A stretch of 32,000 nucleotides of DNA from Zestosphaera tikiterensis (GCA_003056265.1 NBVN01000004.1:300001-332000); one strand, 5' to 3'; shown: positions 17,597-25,997, counted from the first letter of the stretch. A program made the numbers and translations. The notes: generated from the sequence alone by a model not told the origin.

Positions 17597-18490
17597 TCAT
17601 GAACTAAATAGAGTTCCATGTCGGCATATTTTAAACACGCCTAGAGGTTCACTAATCTTCTTTAAAACTTCGTAGGTTTCGTTGATGTAGTTCGCCTGAG
17701 TTAATACTGCGATAGTGCCTTTCTTTACGAAATACCCTAAGACCGCACCTTTGCTTAGGAGAGTTCGTAGGGAATCATCCACTTTATCTTTTAATGTATT
17801 TTCCAGCATCCCCGTCTTAACGCTAAACTCATGCGCTTGCTCTATGAACGTATCCAACGAAGGATTTCTTAAAAACTTTAAATAAGACTCTAGCCCATAC
17901 TTCCGTATTTTACCGGCATAGAGCTTAAGCATTTCAGGCGTTGTTAAGCCTTTCCTAACCAATCCAACACATACAGCCACATTTTCCTTTACAGGTACGA
18001 CGTCAACCTCACCTACCCCAGGAGGGCCCGGTTTTAAACGTATGACTAAACCCCCGCCAATTAATTCAGCTATAACGTCGCCAAGGCCTGTTCTTAAAGT
18101 TACCTCCGCCATGTGAGCCAATACCCCAACTTTTTTCAACGTTATAGGTATGGCTCTTTTAATTAGAGCTGATGTGGCTAACGTAATAGATAGAGCAGCG
18201 CTTAAACCAAGTCCCTGACCTAAACCTACGGGACTCGCTACAAAAGCTCCTAAATCCTTAACTCCTGCTAAGCTCTCCATAACTTGCTTTAAATCCTGAC
18301 CTACCTCAACCAAGTTTAACTTAAGAGTTTTTTCGCTGAAGTTTTTAGAAGTCACCACAGGTTCGAGGGTTAACCCAACGCCTAGGGAACCTGTGGTTAT
18401 GGGGTCTGAAGTATAGTGTGGTATCCAAAACCCCGTTATGTGGAGAGGTATTTTAAGCTCTCTTACCATATGCGAGTTCATCTCTAACAA
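17597..18490 (-). CDS. Pantoate kinase (GHMP-kinase family, archaeal CoA pathway)
   Basis: GHMP motif PVGLGQGLGLSAALSITLA and N-terminal PLHITGFWIP. It overlaps the 3' end of coaBC, so the two are probably co-transcribed. Alternative in-frame ATG starts lie at 18481 and 18469. Confidence 0.8.
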   Translation of the reverse strand: MLEMNSHMVRELKIPLHITGFWIPHYTSDPITTGSLGVGLTLEPVVTSKNFSEKTLKLNLVEVGQDLKQVMESLAGVKDLGAFVASPVGLGQGLGLSAALSITLATSALIKRAIPITLKKVGVLAHMAEVTLRTGLGDVIAELIGGGLVIRLKPGPPGVGEVDVVPVKENVAVCVGLVRKGLTTPEMLKLYAGKIRKYGLESYLKFLRNPSLDTFIEQAHEFSVKTGMLENTLKDKVDDSLRTLLSKGAVLGYFVKKGTIAVLTQANYINETYEVLKKISEPLGVFKICRHGTLFSS

Positions 18491-19712
18491 TGTCTAATAT
18501 CCTCCGTGCTACAACCTCCTTCAAAGACTTAGGTATGTGTTCTTTAAAGCCGTTCTTACCGACCACCACTACCTCATTATAATCTGAGGCGAAGCCTATC
18601 TCAGGGTTGCTAACATCGTTAGCTACTATGTAATCAAACCCTCTGCTAATTAACTTATGTTGTGCTAACTCTATGAGCTTATTTAAATCGTTAAACACGG
18701 TTTCGGCAGCAAAACCTATAAGCAGGCCTTTGTAAACTTCCCTAACCTTAGCGGAGATCTTAGGGGTGGTTTCAAGAACTATTTGAAGTTCGTTTATGTC
18801 TGACTTTATCTTCTCCTTATAAACAGTCCTAAACCTAAAGTCTGAAGGCGCTGCCGCCATTATCACAGCGTCATATTTACGACTTCTAACCTCATTTAAA
18901 ACAGCTTCCAACATCTCTTCAGTTGATTCAACAGCTATGTTCCTAGTGTAATACGGTTTAGACACAGATAAAGGTCCGTGAATTAAAGTCACGTTAGCCC
19001 CTCTGAAGTAAGCTTCTCTAGCTATAGCAACACCCATCTTACCAGAGCTTGAATTCGTTATATATCTAACGCTATCTAACCTTTCACGCGTAGGTCCTGA
19101 AGTCACTAAGATGTTTAACCCACGTAGATCCTTACCCCTTAAAGTGACCGCTTCAACCGCTGCTATGACGTCCTCCGCATCTGGGAATTTCGCACGGCCC
19201 TCAACTAAGTTAGGCCATAAAACCGTAACGCCTAAGCTCGTTAGAAACTCAAGTGCTTTAACTATTGGTGGGGACTTCCATAGGCCTTCATGCATAGTAG
19301 GAACTAATATTAACGGCTTTCCTAAACCAAGCATGTTAACCGCTGTTAACGTTACTGGATTATCGCCGATGCCTGCCGCTATCTTAGCTATGGCGTCAGC
19401 ACTAGCTGGAGCAACTGTAAACGAACTGCCTTCAAAACTTAACGCAACATGTCCTGTCTCACCTTTAAACTCCGTGAAAACCTTAGTTCCAGTAGCCCAC
19501 TCAATAAGCGTTGGGTTTATAAGTTCTGTTGCTGCTTTACTCATCACAACGTATACGTCGGCACCTCTCCTAATAAGCTCTCTCATGATGTCGATTACTC
19601 TATATATAGAGACGGAACCCGTCAAACCAAAAACTAGCTTAACCCCTTCAAGATGCTTAGATTTAGTGCTTTTAATCTCGTCGGCAGGATGTCGTAAAGG
19701 TTCCTTCAGCAT
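18453..19712 (-). CDS. coaBC: Bifunctional phosphopantothenoylcysteine decarboxylase / phosphopantothenate--cysteine ligase
   Basis: CoaC half: GLTGSVSIYRV, APASADAIAKIAAGIGDNP. CoaB half: VTSGPTRERLDSVRYITNSSSGKMG, MAAAPSDFRF, KIKSD, VANDV. Confidence 0.92.
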   Translation of the reverse strand: MLKEPLRHPADEIKSTKSKHLEGVKLVFGLTGSVSIYRVIDIMRELIRRGADVYVVMSKAATELINPTLIEWATGTKVFTEFKGETGHVALSFEGSSFTVAPASADAIAKIAAGIGDNPVTLTAVNMLGLGKPLILVPTMHEGLWKSPPIVKALEFLTSLGVTVLWPNLVEGRAKFPDAEDVIAAVEAVTLRGKDLRGLNILVTSGPTRERLDSVRYITNSSSGKMGVAIAREAYFRGANVTLIHGPLSVSKPYYTRNIAVESTEEMLEAVLNEVRSRKYDAVIMAAAPSDFRFRTVYKEKIKSDINELQIVLETTPKISAKVREVYKGLLIGFAAETVFNDLNKLIELAQHKLISRGFDYIVANDVSNPEIGFASDYNEVVVVGKNGFKEHIPKSLKEVVARRILDIVRDELAYGKRA

Positions 19713-19853
19713 TTTATCACCGTCTTACTTATCTTCTTTTTACTATAAAAACTAACCATCACTTTCCACTCAAGTTTAAAGAGTTAATTATTTAAGCATA
19801 GGCGGTTTAATTCAAATTGGCCCTAATGTAGAAGGGGATGTGAGGTAAGCTCT

Positions 19854-20333
19854 ATGGCGGGATTTACGATAAGGAAAGCCAGGCTTGAAGACCTCCCTCA
19901 AGTCATCAACATTAATTTGATTTCTTTAAGGGAACACTACCCTGAAGATTTTTGGAGGCAACACCTTGAGATGTGGGGGGAGGCGTTCTTAGTTGCTGAA
20001 GCAGACTCTAAAATTGTTGGTTACGTCATGAGTAGAGTGGAGAGGGGTTTTGGCTACTTGCGTAAATCGCTATATAAGAAGCTAGGTCACATAGTAAGCA
20101 TAGCGGTGATGCCTGAATATAGAGGACGTGGGATAGGCTACGCTTTAATGACGGAAGCTTTAAAAAAGCTTAAGGAGGTTTACGATGTTAAGGAAGTTTA
20201 CTTAGAAGTTAGAGTAAGTAACGAGCCAGCCATAAGACTTTATGAAAAATTAGGTTTTAAGAAAGTACAGAGGATTAAATACTACTATCTCGACGGTGAA
20301 GACGCGTGGTTAATGTCTATAGAGTTAAGTTAA
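19854..20333 (+). CDS. GNAT N-acetyltransferase (RimI / archaeal Ard1-type N-alpha-acetyltransferase)
   Basis: IAVMPEYRGRGIGYALM (acetyl-CoA binding R-x-x-G-x-G) and NEPAIRLYEKLGF. 159 aa. Confidence 0.8.
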   Translation: MAGFTIRKARLEDLPQVININLISLREHYPEDFWRQHLEMWGEAFLVAEADSKIVGYVMSRVERGFGYLRKSLYKKLGHIVSIAVMPEYRGRGIGYALMTEALKKLKEVYDVKEVYLEVRVSNEPAIRLYEKLGFKKVQRIKYYYLDGEDAWLMSIELS

Positions 20334-20883
20334 GCGATGTGGTAAAGACCTTCCTCTCGTTTAAGATTATTGCTGTAGACGTGTTTATCATGCCTACGTA
20401 GTCTTCAAGACCTAAAGATATGAAGTAAGAGGGCTTCACCTCATATATTACTTGAGTGATTTCCGGTAATCCAACCCTTACATTAAGACTTCTTAAGCGA
20501 TCTCCAAACCCTTTAGGTGGGAAGTAAGACGTTATTATAGCCTTAGATTTCCCTAAGGTAGTGTGGAGTTGGATTAAACGGGCTATGTTTTGATACGTTT
20601 CAATACCGCCAATGCCTCCTAAGCTTACATTACCTAAATCTACGAACGTACCATCAAGTAAGATACCTAATGAACGACTTAACTTAGATATGTATATATC
20701 GTCGAACTTACTCGTAACTAAGTATACAGGTTCTTTAAATGCTTTAATTAATTCAGGCAGGGGTATTTTCGGCCCACTTAAAAGCAACGTTAAATCGTAG
20801 TTCGTGTCATCTTCAGTAAGTTTCATTAAGTCTTTCCTAGACTTAACACGTCTACCTAAAACAACCCTTACCAACATATTCAA
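20317..20883 (-). CDS. Metallophosphoesterase-like protein with all metal-ligand motifs substituted (probable pseudoenzyme)
   Basis: It threads onto the calcineurin-like phosphoesterase template. LLLSGPK stands for D-x-H, YLVTSKFDD for GNHD, SLGGIGG is present, AIITSYFPPKGFGD stands for H-x-PP-x-G-x-x-D, and FISLGLED for GHxH. It overlaps the upstream CitG-like ORF by 32 nt. Confidence 0.45.
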   Translation of the reverse strand: MNMLVRVVLGRRVKSRKDLMKLTEDDTNYDLTLLLSGPKIPLPELIKAFKEPVYLVTSKFDDIYISKLSRSLGILLDGTFVDLGNVSLGGIGGIETYQNIARLIQLHTTLGKSKAIITSYFPPKGFGDRLRSLNVRVGLPEITQVIYEVKPSYFISLGLEDYVGMINTSTAIILNERKVFTTSLNLTL

Positions 20884-21775
20884 ACACCTTATACATGGCT
20901 ACAGCAGTAGCTACGATATCTGAGGTGCTTCCTGGGTTTACGCCTTGACGTCTAACCCACAGATCTAACTCTTCTTTTTCAGAGGCGTTGAAAAAACTCC
21001 ATTTAGAAGCTATACTCTTAAAGAATACGGCGGTACTTAAATTCCTAGCTTTAACGATTAACGTATCTAAATACTTCGAGAGCATGTAGGTATGTACGTC
21101 TCTCAAAACTTCATAGAAATCCTCTACGGGACTTAACTCAGCGATTCTTTCGTATGCTTCAAGGGTTTTCCTATATCCGTTGATGAGTTCATACGTAACC
21201 ATGTCCGTATAGCTTGAGTTTAAGAAAACGTCCCACAACGTTAACTTACTTAAATTGCTGTAGTCATTAATTGTTACTGAAGGTATCCTACCTACATACT
21301 TACCTAGGTGTTTGATAGAGGCTTTCTTTAACGCTTCATAAAAATCTACTGGATCCTCATCCTTCAGCTCCTTAATTAAATAGGGCGAGTATGTCTTAAC
21401 TAAATCAACGGGTGATTGAATTGGCTTACCATCTCTTAACATGAGGGCGGTCATGAAAGTTAATGGTATAGTAAGTATTAAAAAACCTAATGAAGTGTTT
21501 GTCTTTATGTATGGGTGAGCCATTAAATCTGAGATAATATTTCTTAAGTTACGACCTAATTCTAACTTACTGCTTTTTAAGAACTTAATGAGCATCTCAA
21601 CGTAATGTTTCTTAAGCGTTAACGAGGTGTATATAAACTGGTTTATGTTTAAGTCTTTAACGCCTTTAAGGTTGCTTACGGTACTTATTTTGTTCGGTGC
21701 TAAAGCTTCAATAAGTATAGATGCCGATATTAAATCAGCTATTACATATATTGATTTAGTGTTAACATTAATCAC
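20852..21775 (-). CDS. CitG-family (triphosphoribosyl-dephospho-CoA synthase-like) protein
   Basis: EALAPNKISTVSN..KDLNINQFIYTS, KTNTSLGFLIL, DTLIVKARN and VNPGSTSDIVA line up with the CitG motifs SPKPGLVD..HKDM..F..SA, NTHKGSIF, DTNVASRGG and SPGGSADLL. Several conserved residues differ. Confidence 0.65.
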   Translation of the reverse strand: MINVNTKSIYVIADLISASILIEALAPNKISTVSNLKGVKDLNINQFIYTSLTLKKHYVEMLIKFLKSSKLELGRNLRNIISDLMAHPYIKTNTSLGFLILTIPLTFMTALMLRDGKPIQSPVDLVKTYSPYLIKELKDEDPVDFYEALKKASIKHLGKYVGRIPSVTINDYSNLSKLTLWDVFLNSSYTDMVTYELINGYRKTLEAYERIAELSPVEDFYEVLRDVHTYMLSKYLDTLIVKARNLSTAVFFKSIASKWSFFNASEKEELDLWVRRQGVNPGSTSDIVATAVAMYKVFEYVGKGCFR

Positions 21776-22490
21776 CTTTTAAGTTCATAACGACGTAGAT
21801 CTTCTCTACGCTATCACCTATTAACTCACGCCAAGCATTACCTAAAGCTATTATAGAGAAGAGACCCACCGTTAAAGCACCGCTCATTCTAACGAGCTTT
21901 ATTAAAGCCAGCGATGTCCTCCCAGTACTTAATAAATCATCAACTATAAGTACGCGATCATTAACTCCTAAGGCCGTTGTTGGCAGGAATAGATGCATAA
22001 TGGCTGGAGGGTCTCTAGCTAGGTAGCTTGTTTGATAGTAGTCTTTAACCCCTACTTCAGGTCTTCTTCTCGCCACAACTAACTTAGCGTTTAAGACTTC
22101 CGCCACCGCCACTCCTAAAGGTATGCCATCAACTTCAACTGTAGCTACGGCTGTTATGTTGTACTTCTGAAACTCCCTAAGAGCTATGAAGGACAATATC
22201 TTAAGCATTGGTATGTCGTAGATAATCCTCGACAAGTTATATATGTTTTTACCCGCTTCAACTATCCTCTCAGAAAGCAGCTTCTCAACTACGGTTGGGT
22301 TAAGTAGTTTCTCAACAAGCTCAGCTGCCCTCTCATGACTAGGCCTTATCCTCTTATTTATATATCTCCAAAGACCCGGAGCTGGAAGGCCTGTAAGCTT
22401 CTCAAGATCTCTATACTTCATTACTTTCTTGTAAGCTTTAAGTAACTCTACAGCTATAGTCCTTACATCTACGTCCATATTGACTACCAT
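21768..22490 (-). CDS. Winged-HTH + type-I phosphoribosyltransferase-domain protein (PurR/GfcR-like putative regulator)
   Basis: N-terminal HTH-like segment YRDLEKLTGLPAPGLWRYINK. PRPP-binding loop RVLIVDDLLSTGRTS. It overlaps the downstream CitG-like ORF by 8 nt. Confidence 0.75.
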   Translation of the reverse strand: MVVNMDVDVRTIAVELLKAYKKVMKYRDLEKLTGLPAPGLWRYINKRIRPSHERAAELVEKLLNPTVVEKLLSERIVEAGKNIYNLSRIIYDIPMLKILSFIALREFQKYNITAVATVEVDGIPLGVAVAEVLNAKLVVARRRPEVGVKDYYQTSYLARDPPAIMHLFLPTTALGVNDRVLIVDDLLSTGRTSLALIKLVRMSGALTVGLFSIIALGNAWRELIGDSVEKIYVVMNLKGD

Positions 22491-22642
22491 TACTAACTAC
22501 CTTTTCAAGTTTATGTTAATTTAGAGTTAATAAATTTACATTAAGCTATGTAAAAAGTAGTTCACACATATATAACGTTTTTCTGATAACAGCATCTTAA
22601 AGGAAAAACCGTTATTCGTTTTAAAGTTAGTTTGAGAGTGCG

Positions 22643-22927
22643 CTATACCTCCTCTATACCTCCAACTACTTTCTCTATGAAGTCAGGGTCTGAAACCTCA
22701 TCCACAAGTACCGAGGCTATCTTCCTAACTATGTTTTGAATGCTGTCCCTTAAGTCGATTATCTCGTCTAAAGCTATGAGTCGAGGCTCTCCATTATCTG
22801 AAATAACTATCACAGATATCTCTATACCTACTTCCTCCATTAAGTAGTTTTTTAAACGCCATATCTTCCTTAGATACTCATGGTTTGAGGTCGGAGGTAT
22901 TGCCGCCACTATAGTTAGGTGTTTCAA
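22643..22927 (-). CDS. Hypothetical small protein, paralogue of 16896-17219
   Basis: 94 aa with a TTG start. It shares W23 and EEVGIEISVI with EYGVEVYVI of the 107-aa ORF. No Cys. Confidence 0.45.
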   Translation of the reverse strand: MKHLTIVAAIPPTSNHEYLRKIWRLKNYLMEEVGIEISVIVISDNGEPRLIALDEIIDLRDSIQNIVRKIASVLVDEVSDPDFIEKVVGGIEEV

Positions 22928-23039
22928 CGAGTACCACTTGCGAATCTTAGAATGGGAAAGTTTTTAAGACTTAATCTATATTAACGCCGTTTAAACATGT
23001 TTCACATAAAGATTTATATGCAACAAAACATATTAATAA

Positions 23040-23501
23040 ATGGGGGTGAGGATTGAGTTGAGACTCAATTCAGTTAGCGGTAAAAGTAAGAAGGTTAAAG
23101 TGATTTACGAAGACGAGGATATAGTAGTCGTTAGAGCTCCTGACGACGAGGAACTTAGCGAGTTAGTTATAAACACCATTAAGAACGCTGGAAGACCTCT
23201 AACTTGGAAGGAACTAAGGAAAGAGTTAAGCGGCTTAGTAGGTGAGGATAGACTTAGGAAGGCCGTAATTAAGCTTATAGAGCAAGACGTCGTTGTTGAG
23301 ATGATTGACGGCACCTTCGGACTCAAAGGTATGGAGTTGACTTACGTCCCTAGGAAGTTGAAGAAGAGGGTTAGGCCTTTAGTTCCTAGGAAATTTAGAG
23401 TTAGGTGGGGTCCGTTAATAGAGGCTAGAGGCTCTATATCCGCTGCGATACAGTATTTAAGGGAAACCAGAGCTAAAGAAAAACCTAGAGCAGTTAATTA
23501 A
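23040..23501 (+). CDS. Hypothetical winged-helix-like protein with a basic C-terminal region
   Basis: INTIKNAGRPLTWKELRKELSGLVGEDRLRKAVIKLIEQDVVVEM looks like a wHTH. The C-terminus is rich in K/R (PRKLKKRVRPLVPRKFRVRW). Confidence 0.5.
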   Translation: MGVRIELRLNSVSGKSKKVKVIYEDEDIVVVRAPDDEELSELVINTIKNAGRPLTWKELRKELSGLVGEDRLRKAVIKLIEQDVVVEMIDGTFGLKGMELTYVPRKLKKRVRPLVPRKFRVRWGPLIEARGSISAAIQYLRETRAKEKPRAVN

Positions 23502-23536
23502 ATAAATGTTTTCCGAACATACTTAAGGAGTAAGTG

Positions 23537-23689
23537 ATGTGTGAGGAAGCAGAGTTTAAGATCGTTGGGAAGTCAGTCTTCGTTAAGTTAAGGTCTGGAG
23601 CAACTGCTTTCATCCCTTTAGAGCAGATATGCAACGCCATAGTAGCTTACAACATATGCCCTCCAAAATCTGAAAGAATTAAATGTTAA
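23537..23689 (+). CDS. Possible small Cys-containing protein (50 aa)
   Basis: Below the track's size cutoff. The ATG is preceded by AAGGAG about 7 nt upstream. It reads MCEEAEFKIVGKSVFVKLRSGATAFIPLEQICNAIVAYNICPPKSERIKC (4 Cys). No family recognised. Confidence 0.3.
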   Translation: MCEEAEFKIVGKSVFVKLRSGATAFIPLEQICNAIVAYNICPPKSERIKC

Positions 23690-23739
23690 GATTAAGTTGA
23701 GATACTCCTTAATTGACGTCCTTACGTTAAGCTTAACAA

Positions 23740-24588
23740 CTAAGTTGAGAGAGCATTTATTTTTTCTTTAATTATTAAAGCATCGTATTCCAAACTTGGG
23801 GACTCACATATAATCACTCCAGCTATTTTAAAGTCTTTAAGGGCTTTAAGCACTTCAACCCAGTTGAATCTAGACTCCTTTAAATTCAGATGTTTTTTCT
23901 CACCTCTAACCCCGTATTCAATGCCTGACATATGTATGTGCATGTTATTAAGGGCTTCCCTACCCAGCCTTTCCTCAATGAGGCTTAAAATCCTAACGTA
24001 CTCTTCGTAACTATTAACTTTTCCTAAGCTCCTAGCATATATATGCGCGAAATCCACTACAGGAAGGCTTAACTCAACACCCTCCACTATAGAGATTACC
24101 TCTTCTAACGAACCCACCTCAGCTAAGCCGCCCATAGTCTCAGGCCTGACCCAAATCTTAATCCCTTCGTTGATTAGCTCTTTAACGATGTTTATTAAGT
24201 GTTTTCTAACGACCTCTACAGCTTTTTCTGAGTTAAGCTTACCGTAGTAACCGGGGTGGAAAGCCACAGACCAAGCACCGGCTAAATATCCCACCCTAGC
24301 AGAATCGAGGACTCTTTTTATTGACGCTTCAACTTTGGCGGGATCTTCCGAAAGTAGGTTTACGTAATATGGTGCGTGAACCGTTAGAACAACACCTAAC
24401 TCTCGAGATACGTATCTAGTCTCACTAGCTACCTCGGCACTCATCCTAACACCCCTTACGAACTCTATCTCCATAGCGTCTAGGCCTAACTCAGCAACTC
24501 TTTTAACTCCCTCAGGGGTTGATTGCTTCTTAGAAGTTAACGGTATTCCAGCAGGGCCTACGTAAATTTTATTGAGAACTTCAAGCAC
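23740..24588 (-). CDS. nfo: Endonuclease IV-family AP endonuclease (xylose-isomerase-like TIM barrel)
   Basis: Metal-ligand motifs VHAPYYVNL, AFHPGYY, RPETMGG, VDFAHIYA and HIHMSGIEYG..GEKKHL. Confidence 0.82.
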   Translation of the reverse strand: MLEVLNKIYVGPAGIPLTSKKQSTPEGVKRVAELGLDAMEIEFVRGVRMSAEVASETRYVSRELGVVLTVHAPYYVNLLSEDPAKVEASIKRVLDSARVGYLAGAWSVAFHPGYYGKLNSEKAVEVVRKHLINIVKELINEGIKIWVRPETMGGLAEVGSLEEVISIVEGVELSLPVVDFAHIYARSLGKVNSYEEYVRILSLIEERLGREALNNMHIHMSGIEYGVRGEKKHLNLKESRFNWVEVLKALKDFKIAGVIICESPSLEYDALIIKEKINALST

Positions 24589-24671
24589 GTTATATACCCT
24601 ATTAATATACGTTACTTAAAATAAATTAACTTCTTTAAAGTTCTTCAATAAAGTTTATAGGGCTGAATCAT

Positions 24672-25736
24672 TTGAATGAATACGTGAATCCTAACGAAGG
24701 CTTAAAAGAAGTCAATCATTGGGTAGTTAAACTCAGGAATTCTAAACCTATAGTTTTAGGTGCTGGTGGTGCTGGAGACGTAATATCTGCTTATATATTC
24801 TGTGAAGTTCTTAAAGACTTCTTCAACGTGTTGGAGTGCTTACCCGTAGGTGTTTTATGGGAGAGATGGGTTTTAGACCCTTACCCGGGACCTATACCTA
24901 AGTCCCTAGTTAGAAACGCTAGAGTAGGTAATTGCGTGTGGGTAAATCGGGACAGCTATGTAGAGAGGCCTAACTACGTCTTCAAGCCTCAAGCATCGTC
25001 TATATCAGAAGTTTTAAGTAGGGAAATCCCTACGTTAACCCTCGAATATGGTGTTGAGGGGTGTGTAAAATGTTTAGACGAGTTGACAGGATTGGGTTAC
25101 GGACCTGTAGTAGTTTTAGACGTTGGTGGAGACATACTTGCTGAAGGGCATGAAGAAAATCTCTGGTCTCCGTTAGCTGACGCAATAAGTTTGGCGGCGG
25201 CAAGCCATTATGACTCCATAACAGCTGTCTTAGCTCCTGGCGCCGACGGAGAATTAACGCAGGACGAAGTCCTTAAGAAAGTTGAGAAGCTTTTAAAGTT
25301 GGGAGGATACGTTGGAATTCTCGGCTTATGGAATCACCATGTCAAGGCATATGAGGAGATATTAGATAAGACAGTTACTGAAGCTAGTAAAGCCCCGTAC
25401 AAAGTCCTTAAGGGTGTTTTAGGCGTTGAGAGAATAAGAGGAGGTAGTAGGGAGGTAACCCTCAACCCAATAACTTTAGTAGCTTTTATATTCAAGACGC
25501 ATGAAGTCCTTAAGTTAAATAAGCTAGCGGCAAGCATAACAACAACAAAAAGCTTAGCTGAAGTCGTTAAAATAGCTAAACAGCTTAACATATCTACAGA
25601 ACTAGATATAGAGTTAACGATAGCCAAGCTATATGGCGTAGGTCCGCATGTAAAACCCGATTGGAAATTAATAAAACGCTTAAAAACCGCAAACACCACA
25701 TATCTAACGGGGGGTCGAAGCAGCGGGGTGGGGTAG
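24672..25736 (+). CDS. DUF1152-like archaeal protein of unknown function
   Basis: Gly-rich GAGGAGDVISAY near the N-terminus, WERWVLDPYPGP, and LDVGGDILAEG. I associate this pattern with DUF1152 from memory. TTG start (or GTG 24684). The last 15 nt overlap the tRNA gene. Confidence 0.5.
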   Translation: MNEYVNPNEGLKEVNHWVVKLRNSKPIVLGAGGAGDVISAYIFCEVLKDFFNVLECLPVGVLWERWVLDPYPGPIPKSLVRNARVGNCVWVNRDSYVERPNYVFKPQASSISEVLSREIPTLTLEYGVEGCVKCLDELTGLGYGPVVVLDVGGDILAEGHEENLWSPLADAISLAAASHYDSITAVLAPGADGELTQDEVLKKVEKLLKLGGYVGILGLWNHHVKAYEEILDKTVTEASKAPYKVLKGVLGVERIRGGSREVTLNPITLVAFIFKTHEVLKLNKLAASITTTKSLAEVVKIAKQLNISTELDIELTIAKLYGVGPHVKPDWKLIKRLKTANTTYLTGGRSSGVG

Positions 25737-25799
25737 CCAGGTTAGCCCGCGGGGCTCATAACCCCGAGGTCGGTGGTTCAAATCCACCCCCCGCTACCA
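25722..25799 (+). tRNA. Initiator tRNA-Met (anticodon CAT) with encoded CCA
   Basis: Cloverleaf by hand: acceptor AGCGGGG/CCCCGCT, D stem GGGT/GCCC, anticodon stem CGGGG/CCCCG with loop CTCATAA, T arm GGTGG-TTCAAAT-CCACC, discriminator A, CCA. The A1:U72 pair and three consecutive G:C pairs closing the anticodon stem are initiator hallmarks. Confidence 0.92.
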
Positions 25800-25973
25800 C
25801 AATAATAACGTTATCAAACTTAAGGGAAAGCTGAAAACCGTAGGTGGAAATCAGGCGAGGAACTAACTTTTTAAGTGTTTAATTAAAAACCACGTTAGCT
25901 TTTTAGACGGGGACGTCAGGAAAGGTACTGTAGCTGATGCTATCATCACCGATAACTAGTCCTTCCAACCGTT

Positions 25974-25997
25974 AAGTAGGTTATAGCCCTACTTTTT
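25974..25997 (+). terminator. Hairpin followed by a T-run (terminator-like)
   Basis: AAGTAGG (25974-25980) pairs with CCTACTT (25988-25994) around a 7-nt loop and runs into TTTTT (25993-25997). No annotated plus-strand gene ends here. Confidence 0.3.

Noticed and set aside
19111-19755. A 214-aa ORF antisense to coaBC, and similarly a 200-aa ORF at 28176-28778 antisense to rrp41.
   Set aside because: They are long, but the opposite strand encodes unmistakable CoaBC and Rrp41 motifs. The antisense translations have no recognisable domains and have shadow-ORF composition.
22431-22491. Counting by hand, I placed the ATG of the HTH-PRTase ORF one base to the right of the track coordinate. I briefly suspected a 1-nt frameshift at the TTTAAAG run near 22437-22443.
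   Set aside because: The computed track reports an uninterrupted 240-aa ORF with a sensible N-terminal sequence across this point. My manual base counting is less reliable, so no pseudogene call is made.
25916-25949. A C/D-box sRNA candidate on the minus strand: GTGATGA, then 23 nt, then CTGA.
   Set aside because: A 34-nt span is too short for the archaeal C - guide - D' - C' - guide - D layout of about 50 nt or more. There are no convincing internal D'/C' boxes and no terminal complementary stem.
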